36,813 bases of DNA from contig DAOWOP010000003.1 in the NCBI GenBank assembly GCA_030642005.1, positions 1-36,813 of the forward strand, given 5' to 3'. The position numbers were made by a program, and so were the translations under genes. The notes beneath the pieces are model-generated. The model was not told the origin of the DNA. It searched no databases and saw only the letters and a list, made by a program, of their open reading frames with translations. Of the stretch, positions 11,279-21,010 are shown piece by piece. This stretch comes from Planctomycetales bacterium (GTDB lineage: Bacteria; Planctomycetota; Phycisphaerae; SM23-33). Within the stretch, counting starts at the first letter, position 1. Every line of letters begins with the position of its first letter.

Positions 11279-11620
11279 TCAGCCGATGGCGTCTTGTCCT
11301 TCTTCGCCGGTGCGTATCCGTATACATCGTTCCAGCGGGAGTACGAAAATCTTTCCGTCGCCTATGTTGCCTGTACGCGCGCCCTTGATGATGGCGTCGA
11401 TAGTCGGCTGGACGAATTCATCGTTAACTGTGATCTCCAGGCGCATTTTCTTCAGCAAATTCACTTCGATATCAACGCCTCGGTAGGTTTCGTGGTATCC
11501 CTTCTGCTGACCGCATCCGAGGGCGTTGGTAACGGACATTTTGCACACCTCGGCGGCATAAAGGGCCTGCTTCACGTCGTTGATCTTCTCAGGCTGGATG
11601 TATGCGATAATCAACTTCAT
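11279..11620 (-). CDS. glnK: PII nitrogen signalling protein
   Basis: [42 protein letters not shown]; adjacent to amtB. Confidence 0.93.
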   Translation of the reverse strand: MKLIIAYIQPEKINDVKQALYAAEVCKMSVTNALGCGQQKGYHETYRGVDIEVNLLKKMRLEITVNDEFVQPTIDAIIKGARTGNIGDGKIFVLPLERCIRIRTGEEGQDAIG

Positions 11621-11650
11621 AGTGGTTACTCCTGTTGACCCATTACGGGA

Positions 11651-13039
11651 TTACTGATTGCTGAATATCTGGAAACCACTGTAGGCCTCCATACCGTGTT
11701 CGCCGACATCGAGGCCTCGCAGTTCTTCTTCCTTGCTGACCCGCAGGCCAATGGTCTTCTTGATGGCAAGGAACAGCACCAGGCCAAGCCCGAATGCCCA
11801 TGCGAACGCCACGCCCACACCGAGCGCCTGCACACCGAGTTGGCTGACACCGCCGCCGTAGAAAAACCCGCCATTGGCCTCACCAAGCCCCAGCGCCTTT
11901 TCGGCGTTGAACAGCCCGCAGGCGAGCGTCCCCCACGCGCCGCACAGGCCGTGAACACTGACGGCCCCGACCGGGTCGTCAACTTTCAGCACACGGTCGA
12001 TGAAGATCACGCCCAGAACGACCAGCACGCCTGCGACGCCCCCGATCAGGAAAGCCCCGAATGGGGTAACGGTCGCACAGCCGGCGGTTACACCGACCAG
12101 TCCGGCCAGTGCGCCGTTGAGCGTCATTGATGCGTCGGGTTTCTTGAAGATGATCCATGCGGTGAACATCGCGGCGATAGCGCCGGCGGCAGCGGAGATG
12201 TTCGTGGTTACGGCGATTCGCCCGATTGAACCGTCGCCGATGAGGGTGCTTCCGGCATTGAAACCGAACCAGCCGAACCACAGGATAAACACGCCCAGGG
12301 CAGCCAGTGGAATGTTGTGGCCCATAATGGCCTTGGCTTTTCCGCCCGGACCGTACTTGCCGATACGCGGACCCAGGACAATCGCACCGGCCAGGGCCAT
12401 CCACCCGCCGACGGAATGCACAACCGTCGAGCCGGCGAAATCACAGAAGCCCGGACCGACCTTCTCAAGCCATCCGGCAGCGCCGTCACCGAGCAGCAGA
12501 CTTCCCCATACCCAGCCGCCGAAGACCGGATAAATCAACAGAGTGATGAAGAAACTGTAAACCAGATAGCCGACAAACTTCGTCCGCTCGGCCATTGCGC
12601 CGGAGACAATCGTAGCGGCTGTCGCGGCGAATACCGTCTGGAAGAGCAGGAACGTGTAGTTCCAACTATCGCCTGTTGTCTCACCCAGGGCAAACATCGA
12701 CGTGCCGATGGTTCCACTACCGGACTTCAGGCCGAACATCAGCCCAAATCCGATTACGAAGAACGCGACAGTTCCGACGGAAAAATCCATCAGGTTCTTC
12801 ATAAGGATATTGACGGCGTTCTTGGCACGAGTGAAACCCGTCTCGACCATGGCGAATCCGGGCTGCATGAAGAATACGAGGAACGCTGCGATGCACGTCC
12901 AGACGACGTTCACGTTGAATGTGATTGTCTCGCCGGTGTCGTCCGGTGGGACCACGGCGGCTTCGTCCGCCAAAACCGGCGCGGACAACACGCCAAGGAA
13001 CAGAATGGCGATCAATAGGTTTCTTGCTTTCACGTTCAA
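11651..13039 (-). CDS. amtB: Ammonium transporter
   Basis: FFMQPGFAMVETG, SGAMAER, DFAGSTVVH, GWFGFNAGS, DDPVGAVSVHG (twin His). SD AAGGAG suggests GTG 13033 as an alternative start. Confidence 0.97.
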   Translation of the reverse strand: MNVKARNLLIAILFLGVLSAPVLADEAAVVPPDDTGETITFNVNVVWTCIAAFLVFFMQPGFAMVETGFTRAKNAVNILMKNLMDFSVGTVAFFVIGFGLMFGLKSGSGTIGTSMFALGETTGDSWNYTFLLFQTVFAATAATIVSGAMAERTKFVGYLVYSFFITLLIYPVFGGWVWGSLLLGDGAAGWLEKVGPGFCDFAGSTVVHSVGGWMALAGAIVLGPRIGKYGPGGKAKAIMGHNIPLAALGVFILWFGWFGFNAGSTLIGDGSIGRIAVTTNISAAAGAIAAMFTAWIIFKKPDASMTLNGALAGLVGVTAGCATVTPFGAFLIGGVAGVLVVLGVIFIDRVLKVDDPVGAVSVHGLCGAWGTLACGLFNAEKALGLGEANGGFFYGGGVSQLGVQALGVGVAFAWAFGLGLVLFLAIKKTIGLRVSKEEELRGLDVGEHGMEAYSGFQIFSNQ

Positions 13040-13110
13040 GTCTCCTTAGGGACTGAGCGAGTCCGTTTGTCTCATCGACCAGACTGCACTGATGTCGGTG
13101 TAAGAATAGG

Positions 13111-13126
13111 GCAAGTAATGTGCCAA
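13111..13126 (-). promoter_or_regulatory. Sigma54 -24/-12 promoter of amtB-glnK-porin-glnA
   Basis: Minus strand TTGGCAC-attac-TTGC matches TGGCAC-N5-TTGC, ~75 nt upstream of amtB and next to a sigma54 activator gene. Confidence 0.85.
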
Positions 13127-13290
13127 AGTGGACAAACAGGATTAAGTCCTGTTACGGTAAGGTTTTACGGGTTGCCTTGACCAACAACCGCTTGGTACAA
13201 AAATCACTTTCTTGTCATATTATTCTGGATTTATTACAAATAAGTAACTATGATTGTTCCGAAGTACATTATTGGAAAGGGCCTGGCATT

Positions 13291-14868
13291 ATGACTGAAA
13301 GCAGCGTCGATAGTCCAGCCGGTACAGATGTCGCCGAGCGGCATGTCCGCGAACTCGAAACGCTCCACGCCATCAGCGGGGTCCTGGCCGCCGGGTCGCT
13401 ACAGAAACAGGTGTTGGTGGAGATTTTGGATGTTTTACACGACCAACTCGGCATGACCCACGGAACGCTCATGCTTCTGTCGGCCGGCGGCGATGAATTG
13501 GTGATCGAGGTCGGTCACGACCTTCCCGAACGGAAGCGTCAGGCCGTCCGCTACAAGATGGGCGAAGGCATTGCCGGAAGGGTCGTACAAACCGGCAAAC
13601 CCGCCATTGTTCCCCGGATATCCCAGGAACCGTTATTCCTTGACCGTCTCCACAAGCAACGGGACGCTTCCGGGGACGAAATCAGCTTCATTTGTGTACC
13701 CATCGCTATCGGAGACGAAGTCATGGGGACGCTCTCGGCCGACCGAATTTTTAACGAGTCAGCGTCGCTGGATGAAGATGTTCGCGTACTGAGCATAGTA
13801 ACCAGCATGATCGCCGGCGATGTCCATAAGCACCGGGAACTGGCAGCTGAACGGCGAGCTCTGGAGGAAGAAAATATCCGCTTGCGAGGCGAGCTGGAAG
13901 ATCGCTTTTGCCCCGAAAATATCATCGGCAATTCCAGTGCGATGCGCGAAGTGTACATGGCGATTCACCAGGTCGCCTCATCCGACACAACCGTGCTGAT
14001 CCGGGGTGCGTCAGGAACCGGGAAGGAGCTGGTGGCCCATGCTATCCACTATGCAAGCCCACGCGCGAAAGGGTCGTTTGTCAAGGTCAACTGTGCAGCA
14101 CTCAGCGAGAACCTGCTGGAAAGTGAACTGTTCGGGCACGAGAAAGGAGCATTTACCGGGGCCATTCAGACGCGAAAGGGCAGGCTCGAACAGGCTGACG
14201 GGGGTACGTTATTCCTGGACGAGATCGGGGATTTTTCAGCCGCTACACAAGTCAAGTTGCTTCGCGTGCTTCAGGAGCGTGAGTTTGAGCGTGTCGGGAG
14301 CAATCACACCCAAAGGGTCAATGTGCGGATAATCACCGCAACCAATCGTAACCTTGAGCAGGCGGTGGAGAGTGCGATTTTCCGCCAGGACCTGTACTAT
14401 CGCATCAACGTGTTCCCGATTTCCCTGCCACCCCTGCGGGATCGTAAGGACGACATACTCCTGCTGGCAGACCACTTCGTCGAGAAATACTCGAAGACAA
14501 TGTCCAAGGGCGTTCGGCGGATAAGCACGCCGGCGATAAATATGATGGTCGCGTACCATTGGCCCGGCAACGTCCGCGAGTTGGAAAATTGTATCGAGCG
14601 GGCCGTCCTGTTGAGTACCGACGGCGTGATTCACGGACATCACCTCCCGCCCACGCTTCAGACGTCCGACGCATCCGGTACTGTCGGCGAAGGGACGCTT
14701 CAGGACCGCGTGGACCTTTTCGAGCGGGATATTATTGTTGACGCGTTGAAACGCTCCGGCGGAAACGTAGCCCAGGCCGCTCGCGATCTGCGATGCACTT
14801 CCAGAATTCTGCGCTACAAGGTCCACCACCTCGGGATAAACCATAAAACATATTGCCGAGGAAGGTAG
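13291..14868 (+). CDS. NifA-subfamily sigma54-dependent activator (GAF + AAA+ + Fis-type HTH)
   Basis: GAF (GEGIAGRVVQTG, SFICVPI), Walker [42 protein letters not shown]-terminal HTH. ATG 13291 preferred over 13120. Confidence 0.92.
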   Translation: MTESSVDSPAGTDVAERHVRELETLHAISGVLAAGSLQKQVLVEILDVLHDQLGMTHGTLMLLSAGGDELVIEVGHDLPERKRQAVRYKMGEGIAGRVVQTGKPAIVPRISQEPLFLDRLHKQRDASGDEISFICVPIAIGDEVMGTLSADRIFNESASLDEDVRVLSIVTSMIAGDVHKHRELAAERRALEEENIRLRGELEDRFCPENIIGNSSAMREVYMAIHQVASSDTTVLIRGASGTGKELVAHAIHYASPRAKGSFVKVNCAALSENLLESELFGHEKGAFTGAIQTRKGRLEQADGGTLFLDEIGDFSAATQVKLLRVLQEREFERVGSNHTQRVNVRIITATNRNLEQAVESAIFRQDLYYRINVFPISLPPLRDRKDDILLLADHFVEKYSKTMSKGVRRISTPAINMMVAYHWPGNVRELENCIERAVLLSTDGVIHGHHLPPTLQTSDASGTVGEGTLQDRVDLFERDIIVDALKRSGGNVAQAARDLRCTSRILRYKVHHLGINHKTYCRGR

Positions 14869-14992
14869 CGTCGGGTTAATGTTGCTTATCTGCCAGGCTC
14901 ATAAAAACGATAGTTAACATGTTGATGTGCGCGCCCGCTATCACGGGCAGCAGCAAAAACGCGGCACAACGAGATAATCGCAGGAAAAGAAC

Positions 14993-17900
14993 GTGGCATC
15001 AGAATCACAGACAAACCGGTTCCTGTATGAGGCTCGGCGTGAGCACGACGCCTGCGGTATCGGTGCGGTTGTGAACATCGACGGCAGCCGCAGCCATCGT
15101 ATCCTTGAACTGGGCAACCAGATTGTATTGAACCTTCAACATCGAGGCGCGTCCGGAAGCGACGAAACCACCGGCGACGGGGCCGGTATCCTGTTTCAGA
15201 TTCCCCACGAGTTCTTCGCAGAAGAGGCCGACAGAGACGGCATCACCCTGCCGGAACGGGGGCGTTACGGTGTGGCAATGGTTTTCGAACCCAAAGACCC
15301 GGACCTCAGACGCAAGTGCGAGGAACTACTCGAACAGGCTGTTGCCTATTACGGACTGGAGGTGCTGGGCTGGCGCGACGTACCGGGCGAAGCGACTTGT
15401 CTGGGCGATCTGGCCCGTGCATCGGAACCGTCTGTCAGGCAAATGTTCATCGACGGAAACGGACGGCCCGCTGAATCGCTCGAACGCACTCTCTATCTGG
15501 CTCGCAAACGGGCCGAACGTCTGTTATCCGAAAAATTCGGCGACCATGCGGCCGATTTCTACATAGTTTCCATGTCCTGCCGCACGATTTGCTACAAGGG
15601 CATGTTCCTTGCGCCACAACTGTTCGGATACTACCCGGATTTATCGGATGCGCGGGTTGTCTCGTGCCTGGCGATGGTTCACCAGCGCTACAGCACAAAC
15701 ACGTTTCCCAACTGGCGTCTGGCCCAGCCATTTCGAATGGTGGCCCACAACGGCGAGATAAACACCATCAGCGGAAACGCCAATCGCATGAAGGCCCGCG
15801 AGCACCTGCTGGAGTGCAGGAAATTCGACGAGGATTCGCCCGCCGGCGCCGGGCAGGCGGGTCTGGACGACCTGTTGCCGATCCTCATTCCCGGCGGCAG
15901 CGACAGCGCACAGTTTGACAACGCTCTGGAACTACTTGTCCGGGCCGGTAGGTCCCTTCCGCACGCGATTATGATGATGATCCCCGAAGCCTTCGGGCCT
16001 AGTTATCACATCAGCACCGATAAACGGGCGTTTTATGAGTACCACGCCGCCGTGATGGAACCATGGGACGGACCAGCGGCGATGCTGTTCACCGACGGGA
16101 AATTAATCGGCGGTACGCTTGACCGCAACGGGCTTCGACCGGCAAGGTACGTCGTAACAACCGACGGGCTTATGGTGCTGGCCAGCGAGGCCGGAGTCGT
16201 CGATTTTCCGCCGGAAAAAATCCGCTCCAAAGGGCGGCTCCAGCCGGGACGGATGTTCCTGGCCGATACCGAAGGCGGGCGAATCATACTCGACAATGAG
16301 ATTAAGGGACGGATCGCACGAGGAAAGCCGTACCGCCGCTGGCTGACGCAAAACCACATCGAACTTCGCGGACTGTTCGCATCCGCCGAGAGCAAAAAGC
16401 CCGATCCGAAAACTCTGCGAAAGCGGATGCGTGTGTTCGGATATACCCGTGAGGACCAGCGGATGATCCTCATCCCGATGGCCCTCAATGCGCAGGAACC
16501 TATCGGTTCGATGGGTACCGACACACCCCTGGCGGTGCTGTCGGATCGTCCGAGACTGCTGTTCGATTATTTCAAGCAGATGTTCGCGCAAGTAACCAAC
16601 CCGCCGATCGACCCACTGCGCGAAGGTCTTGTAATGTCACTGATGAGTTTCACCGGGAAGAAGCGCAATATACTGGACGAGACGCCGGAGCACTGTCGGC
16701 AGTTGAAACTGCCCCATCCGATTCTGACCAATGAGGACGTGGTTCGTCTTCGCACGGCCAATCGAGACGACTTCAAGGTGGCCGTCGTGGACGCCCTCTT
16801 TGACGTCGATAACGATGATTCCGCCGCCGCGATGCGGCGAGGCCTGGACAAAATGGTCGATGCCTGCGCCGAAGCCATTGCCGACGGCGCATCGCTCATT
16901 ATCATCTCCGACCGCAATTTCAACGAGATGCGGGCGGCCATTCCGAGCCTGCTGGCGACGTCGGCGGCGCACCACGGACTGATAAAATGCAAACTCCGCA
17001 ATGAGGCCGGACTGGTCATCGAAACCGGCGAAGCCCGCGAAGTGATGCACTTCTGTTGCCTGTGCGGATACGGCGCAAACGCCGTGAACCCGTACCTGGC
17101 CTTCGAAACGCTCAGCGACCTCCATCGCAACGGCGATATTTCCAACGACATCGAACCCGATCAGATTATAGATAATTACATCGCCGCGATTAAAAAGGGC
17201 ATCCTCAAAACAATGTCCAAAATGGGCATATCGACGCTGCGGAGTTATCACGCTGCCCAGTTGTTCGAGGCCGTCGGGCTGGACGGCGAACTTGTGGACG
17301 AGTACTTTACGGGCACCTCGTCACGGATTTCCGGGGCTGACCTGGAGGCGATTGCCCGTGAAACGCTTCGACGCCACCAGCGTGCTTATACCGACCTGGC
17401 TCCCGGCGAGCCTGAGATTGAATTCGGCGGCGAATATCAATACCGTCGCGACGGCGAAACGCACCTGTGGAACCCACAGACCGTCGCCTTCCTCCAGCAC
17501 GCCGTCAGGGCCGACGACGCCGAAACCTACGCAAAGTACGCAAAACTGATTAACGATCAATCGGAGCAATACTGCACACTCCGAGGGTTGTTTGAAATGA
17601 CCCGTAGCACGGGCGTCCAGCCTGTGAATTTGGAGGAAGTCGAACCGGCTGAAGAAATCGTCAAACGCTTCTGTACGGGTGCGATGTCGCACGGATCGAT
17701 CAGCAAGGAAGCCCACGAAACAGTTGCCCTTGCCATGAATCGCCTTGGCGCGATGAGCAACACCGGTGAAGGCGGCGAAGACCCTGCCCGATACGGTCAT
17801 GGTAACGGCGATTCGCTCAACAGCGCAATCAAGCAGGTCGCCAGCGGCCGATTCGGCGTAACGATAGAATACCTCGCTCACGCGAAGATGATTCAGATAA

Positions 17901-19579
17901 AGATGGCCCAGGGCGCCAAACCGGGCGAAGGCGGACAACTGCCGGGCCACAAAGTTACCGACGAAATCGCGCACATGCGCCACTCTACGCCGGGCGTTAC
18001 GCTCATTTCGCCGCCGCCTCACCACGACATCTACTCCATCGAGGACCTTGCGCAGTTAATTTACGACCTCAAATGCAGCAATCCGGGCGTGAAGGTCTCC
18101 GTAAAACTGGTCTCCGAGGTCGGCGTCGGGACTATTGCAGCCGGCGTGGCCAAGGCCGGCGCCGACGAAGTGTTGATATCAGGCTATGACGGTGGAACCG
18201 GGGCAAGCCCGCTTTCGTCCATCAAGCACACAGGCATCCCGTGGGAACTGGGTCTGGCCGAGACACAGCAGACGTTGGTGCTCAATGGTTTGCGAGGGCG
18301 TATCCGCGTGCAGGTGGACGGACAACTCAAGACCGGGCGCGACGTGGTAATCGGCGCGCTGCTGGGGGCGGAACAGTTCGGTTTCGGAACCACCGCCCTG
18401 GTAAGCCTCGGATGCTGCCTGTTACGTAAATGCCACCTTGGAACATGCTCGGTCGGTATCTGTACGCAGAACCCGGAGTTACGCAAGCGGTTCGCCGGTA
18501 AGCCTGAACATCTTCAAAGGTTCATGCTCTTCGTAGCTCAGGAGGTCCGGCAGATTATGGCCGAGTTGGGCTTCAGGAAATTTGAAGAGATGATCGGGCG
18601 GGTGAACAGGCTTTGCAGTGGCAAGGCCGTCGATCACTGGAAGGGAAGGGGGCTGGACTTTTCGGCCATTTTCGCTCAGCCGGATGCCTCCGACGGACGC
18701 GACATCCGCCACGTTCACAGTCAGAACGACCTGCTTAAAGATCATCTGGATTGGCGGATTCTCGAACAGGTTGCCCAAGGCATCGAAAGCGGTGAAAAGG
18801 TCGCTGTCGAAATGCCCATCCGCAATGTGCATCGGACGGTCGGGACGATTCTGAGCAATCGGATTGTCCGTGCCCGCGGCTCTGCCGACCTGCCGGATGG
18901 AACTATCGACATCACGCTGCGAGGTTCAGCCGGGCAGAGTTTCGGGGCGTTTCTTGCGCTGGGGGTAACGCTCCGGCTGATCGGCGACAGTAACGACTAT
19001 CTTGGCAAGGGTCTTTCCGGCGGGCGGATCGTCGTGCAGACCCCGCCCGAAGCGCCGCTGGAGGCGCATGAAAATATAATCGCCGGAAACGCCCTGCTCT
19101 ACGGCGCGACGTCCGGCGAGGTGTTCGTTAACGGACTGGCGGGCGAGCGTTTCGCCGTCCGTAACAGCGGCGTAACGGCTGTGGTCGAGGGAATCGGCGA
19201 TCACGGTTGTGAATACATGACCGGCGGGACGGTCGTGGTAATCGGGCAAACCGGACGGAACTTCGCAGCCGGTATGAGCGGCGGAATCGCATACGTCCTC
19301 GATAAGCACCAACTCTTCGACACACTCTGTAACCTGGATATGGTAGATGTTGAACCGGTCTGGAAGGACGAGGACGTAACGCGGCTGCGAGACCTTATTA
19401 CTCGCCATTATGAATGGACCAACAGCCGACGGGCGAAGGAAATACTCGACAGGTGGCGCGACGTGATAGGGACGTTCGTAAAGGTCGTTCCGATTGACTA
19501 TCGGCGGGCGATGCAGCGGTTGCGGGACCGCGAAGAGAGACTCACAGACACCACCCCTGCAACGGAAGAGGTTTTTTAA
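14993..19579 (+). CDS. gltB: Glutamate synthase large subunit
   Basis: EHDA|CGIG nucleophile, HQRYSTNT, HNGEIN, EPWDGPA, QGAKPGEGGQLPG, CHLGTC Fe-S cysteines, GERFAVRNSG. Confidence 0.98.
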   Translation: MASESQTNRFLYEARREHDACGIGAVVNIDGSRSHRILELGNQIVLNLQHRGASGSDETTGDGAGILFQIPHEFFAEEADRDGITLPERGRYGVAMVFEPKDPDLRRKCEELLEQAVAYYGLEVLGWRDVPGEATCLGDLARASEPSVRQMFIDGNGRPAESLERTLYLARKRAERLLSEKFGDHAADFYIVSMSCRTICYKGMFLAPQLFGYYPDLSDARVVSCLAMVHQRYSTNTFPNWRLAQPFRMVAHNGEINTISGNANRMKAREHLLECRKFDEDSPAGAGQAGLDDLLPILIPGGSDSAQFDNALELLVRAGRSLPHAIMMMIPEAFGPSYHISTDKRAFYEYHAAVMEPWDGPAAMLFTDGKLIGGTLDRNGLRPARYVVTTDGLMVLASEAGVVDFPPEKIRSKGRLQPGRMFLADTEGGRIILDNEIKGRIARGKPYRRWLTQNHIELRGLFASAESKKPDPKTLRKRMRVFGYTREDQRMILIPMALNAQEPIGSMGTDTPLAVLSDRPRLLFDYFKQMFAQVTNPPIDPLREGLVMSLMSFTGKKRNILDETPEHCRQLKLPHPILTNEDVVRLRTANRDDFKVAVVDALFDVDNDDSAAAMRRGLDKMVDACAEAIADGASLIIISDRNFNEMRAAIPSLLATSAAHHGLIKCKLRNEAGLVIETGEAREVMHFCCLCGYGANAVNPYLAFETLSDLHRNGDISNDIEPDQIIDNYIAAIKKGILKTMSKMGISTLRSYHAAQLFEAVGLDGELVDEYFTGTSSRISGADLEAIARETLRRHQRAYTDLAPGEPEIEFGGEYQYRRDGETHLWNPQTVAFLQHAVRADDAETYAKYAKLINDQSEQYCTLRGLFEMTRSTGVQPVNLEEVEPAEEIVKRFCTGAMSHGSISKEAHETVALAMNRLGAMSNTGEGGEDPARYGHGNGDSLNSAIKQVASGRFGVTIEYLAHAKMIQIKMAQGAKPGEGGQLPGHKVTDEIAHMRHSTPGVTLISPPPHHDIYSIEDLAQLIYDLKCSNPGVKVSVKLVSEVGVGTIAAGVAKAGADEVLISGYDGGTGASPLSSIKHTGIPWELGLAETQQTLVLNGLRGRIRVQVDGQLKTGRDVVIGALLGAEQFGFGTTALVSLGCCLLRKCHLGTCSVGICTQNPELRKRFAGKPEHLQRFMLFVAQEVRQIMAELGFRKFEEMIGRVNRLCSGKAVDHWKGRGLDFSAIFAQPDASDGRDIRHVHSQNDLLKDHLDWRILEQVAQGIESGEKVAVEMPIRNVHRTVGTILSNRIVRARGSADLPDGTIDITLRGSAGQSFGAFLALGVTLRLIGDSNDYLGKGLSGGRIVVQTPPEAPLEAHENIIAGNALLYGATSGEVFVNGLAGERFAVRNSGVTAVVEGIGDHGCEYMTGGTVVVIGQTGRNFAAGMSGGIAYVLDKHQLFDTLCNLDMVDVEPVWKDEDVTRLRDLITRHYEWTNSRRAKEILDRWRDVIGTFVKVVPIDYRRAMQRLRDREERLTDTTPATEEVF
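17604..17626 (+). repeat. GTAG-type REP-like palindrome in frame within gltB
   Basis: GTAG-CACGGGC-gtcca-GCCTGTG (7-bp stem, one G.T); encodes RSTGVQPV in a variable loop. Confidence 0.5.
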
Positions 19580-21004
19580 ATGGGTAAACCGACGGGATTT
19601 CTGGAGTATCCGCGCGAGCAGGTCGCCAGCCGGGAGGTGGGCGAGAGGGTCAAGGACTATCGACGGATAACGCTGTCGCTTACCGAAGAAGTTCTGCATC
19701 GCCAGTCGGCAAGGTGCATGGATTGCGGAATACCCTTTTGTCATGGAATCGGATGCCCGCTATTCAATCGCATCCCGGAGTTCAACGATTTTGTATATCG
19801 CGGGCGGTGGGCACAGGCGTGCGACAACCTTCACTCCACAAATAATTTCCCGGAGATTACAGGTCTGGTCTGTCCCGCCCTGTGCGAGGCCGCCTGCACA
19901 CTCAACATCGATACCGAGCCAGTGCTTATAAAGCAGATCGAACTGGAGATTGCCGAGCGAGGCTTCGAGGCCGGCTTTATCAAGCCCCAACCCGCGAAAA
20001 ACAAAACCGGCAGGCGGGTGGCGATAGTCGGATCAGGCCCGGCGGGTCTGACCGTCGCTCAACAGATAAGCCGCTTCGGCCACGACGTAGTAGTTTTTGA
20101 AAAGGACTGTTCCGTCGGCGGGCTGCTGCGATACGGTATTCCCGACTTCAAACTGGAAAAATGGGTTATTGATCGGCGACTTGAGCAGATGCGGGCTGAA
20201 GGCGTGGACTTCCAGACCAACGTGAGCGTCGGCGAGGACATCTCGCTGAAGTATCTGCGGGGCCGGTTCGATGCCATCTGCCTGGCGATGGGTGCAAGTC
20301 AGCCTAGGAACCTGCCCGTTCCCGGACGTGGTCTGGACAACATCTGCTTTGCGATGGATTATCTCACTCAGCAGAATCGTCTTAACGCCGGCGAAAACCT
20401 CGACGACGAGAGCCGAATAGACGCAGCCGGCAAAGTCGTTGTTGTAATCGGCGGCGGAGACACCGGAAGCGACTGTGTAGGAACAGCAAGACGACAGGGC
20501 GCAAGAGAGATTCACCAGTTGGAAATTCTCCCCAAACCGCCGGAAAAAACCAACCCGCAAACCCCCTGGCCGACGTGGCCTGATATCCTGCGGACTTCCA
20601 GTTCGCACGAGGAAGGATGCACACGCCGGTGGGGCGTCCTGACAAAATCCTTCACGGGCGTAGGGGTGCGCGTCAGCCGGATAAACTGTTGCCAGGTCGA
20701 GTGGGCCATGACCGACGACGGCTGGAAGATGAAGGAAATCCCCGGTAGCGAATTCAGTATGAAGGCCGACCTGGTCCTGCTGGCGATGGGCTTTACCCAC
20801 GTGATGCACAGCGGCCTGGTCGAAAAGTTGCGCCTCAACCTGGATAAAGCCGGTAATATAGTCGTCGATGCGGACGCCCAGAGTTCCGAGCCGGGCATTT
20901 TCGCAGCCGGTGATTCGGTAGCCGGCGCGTCCCTCGTCGTCCGCGCCATCGCATCCGGCAGAGTGGTTGCCGATTCCATCAACTGCTGGCTACTTCAGCG
21001 ATAA
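19580..21004 (+). CDS. gltD: Glutamate synthase small subunit
   Basis: RCMDCGIPFC..CP, GSGPAG, GGLLRYGIP, GGGDTGSDC, FAAGD; starts immediately after the gltB stop (TAAATG). Confidence 0.97.
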   Translation: MGKPTGFLEYPREQVASREVGERVKDYRRITLSLTEEVLHRQSARCMDCGIPFCHGIGCPLFNRIPEFNDFVYRGRWAQACDNLHSTNNFPEITGLVCPALCEAACTLNIDTEPVLIKQIELEIAERGFEAGFIKPQPAKNKTGRRVAIVGSGPAGLTVAQQISRFGHDVVVFEKDCSVGGLLRYGIPDFKLEKWVIDRRLEQMRAEGVDFQTNVSVGEDISLKYLRGRFDAICLAMGASQPRNLPVPGRGLDNICFAMDYLTQQNRLNAGENLDDESRIDAAGKVVVVIGGGDTGSDCVGTARRQGAREIHQLEILPKPPEKTNPQTPWPTWPDILRTSSSHEEGCTRRWGVLTKSFTGVGVRVSRINCCQVEWAMTDDGWKMKEIPGSEFSMKADLVLLAMGFTHVMHSGLVEKLRLNLDKAGNIVVDADAQSSEPGIFAAGDSVAGASLVVRAIASGRVVADSINCWLLQR

Positions 21005-21010
21005 GGAATT

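Noticed and set aside
13291-14868. Calling the activator nifA or inferring nitrogen fixation
   Set aside because: No nif genes in the window; the nearest UAS-like match is TGT-N8-ACA (13255-13268), not N10.
14869-14992. Sigma54 promoter for gltB
   Set aside because: GGCAC is present but no correctly spaced TTGC follows.
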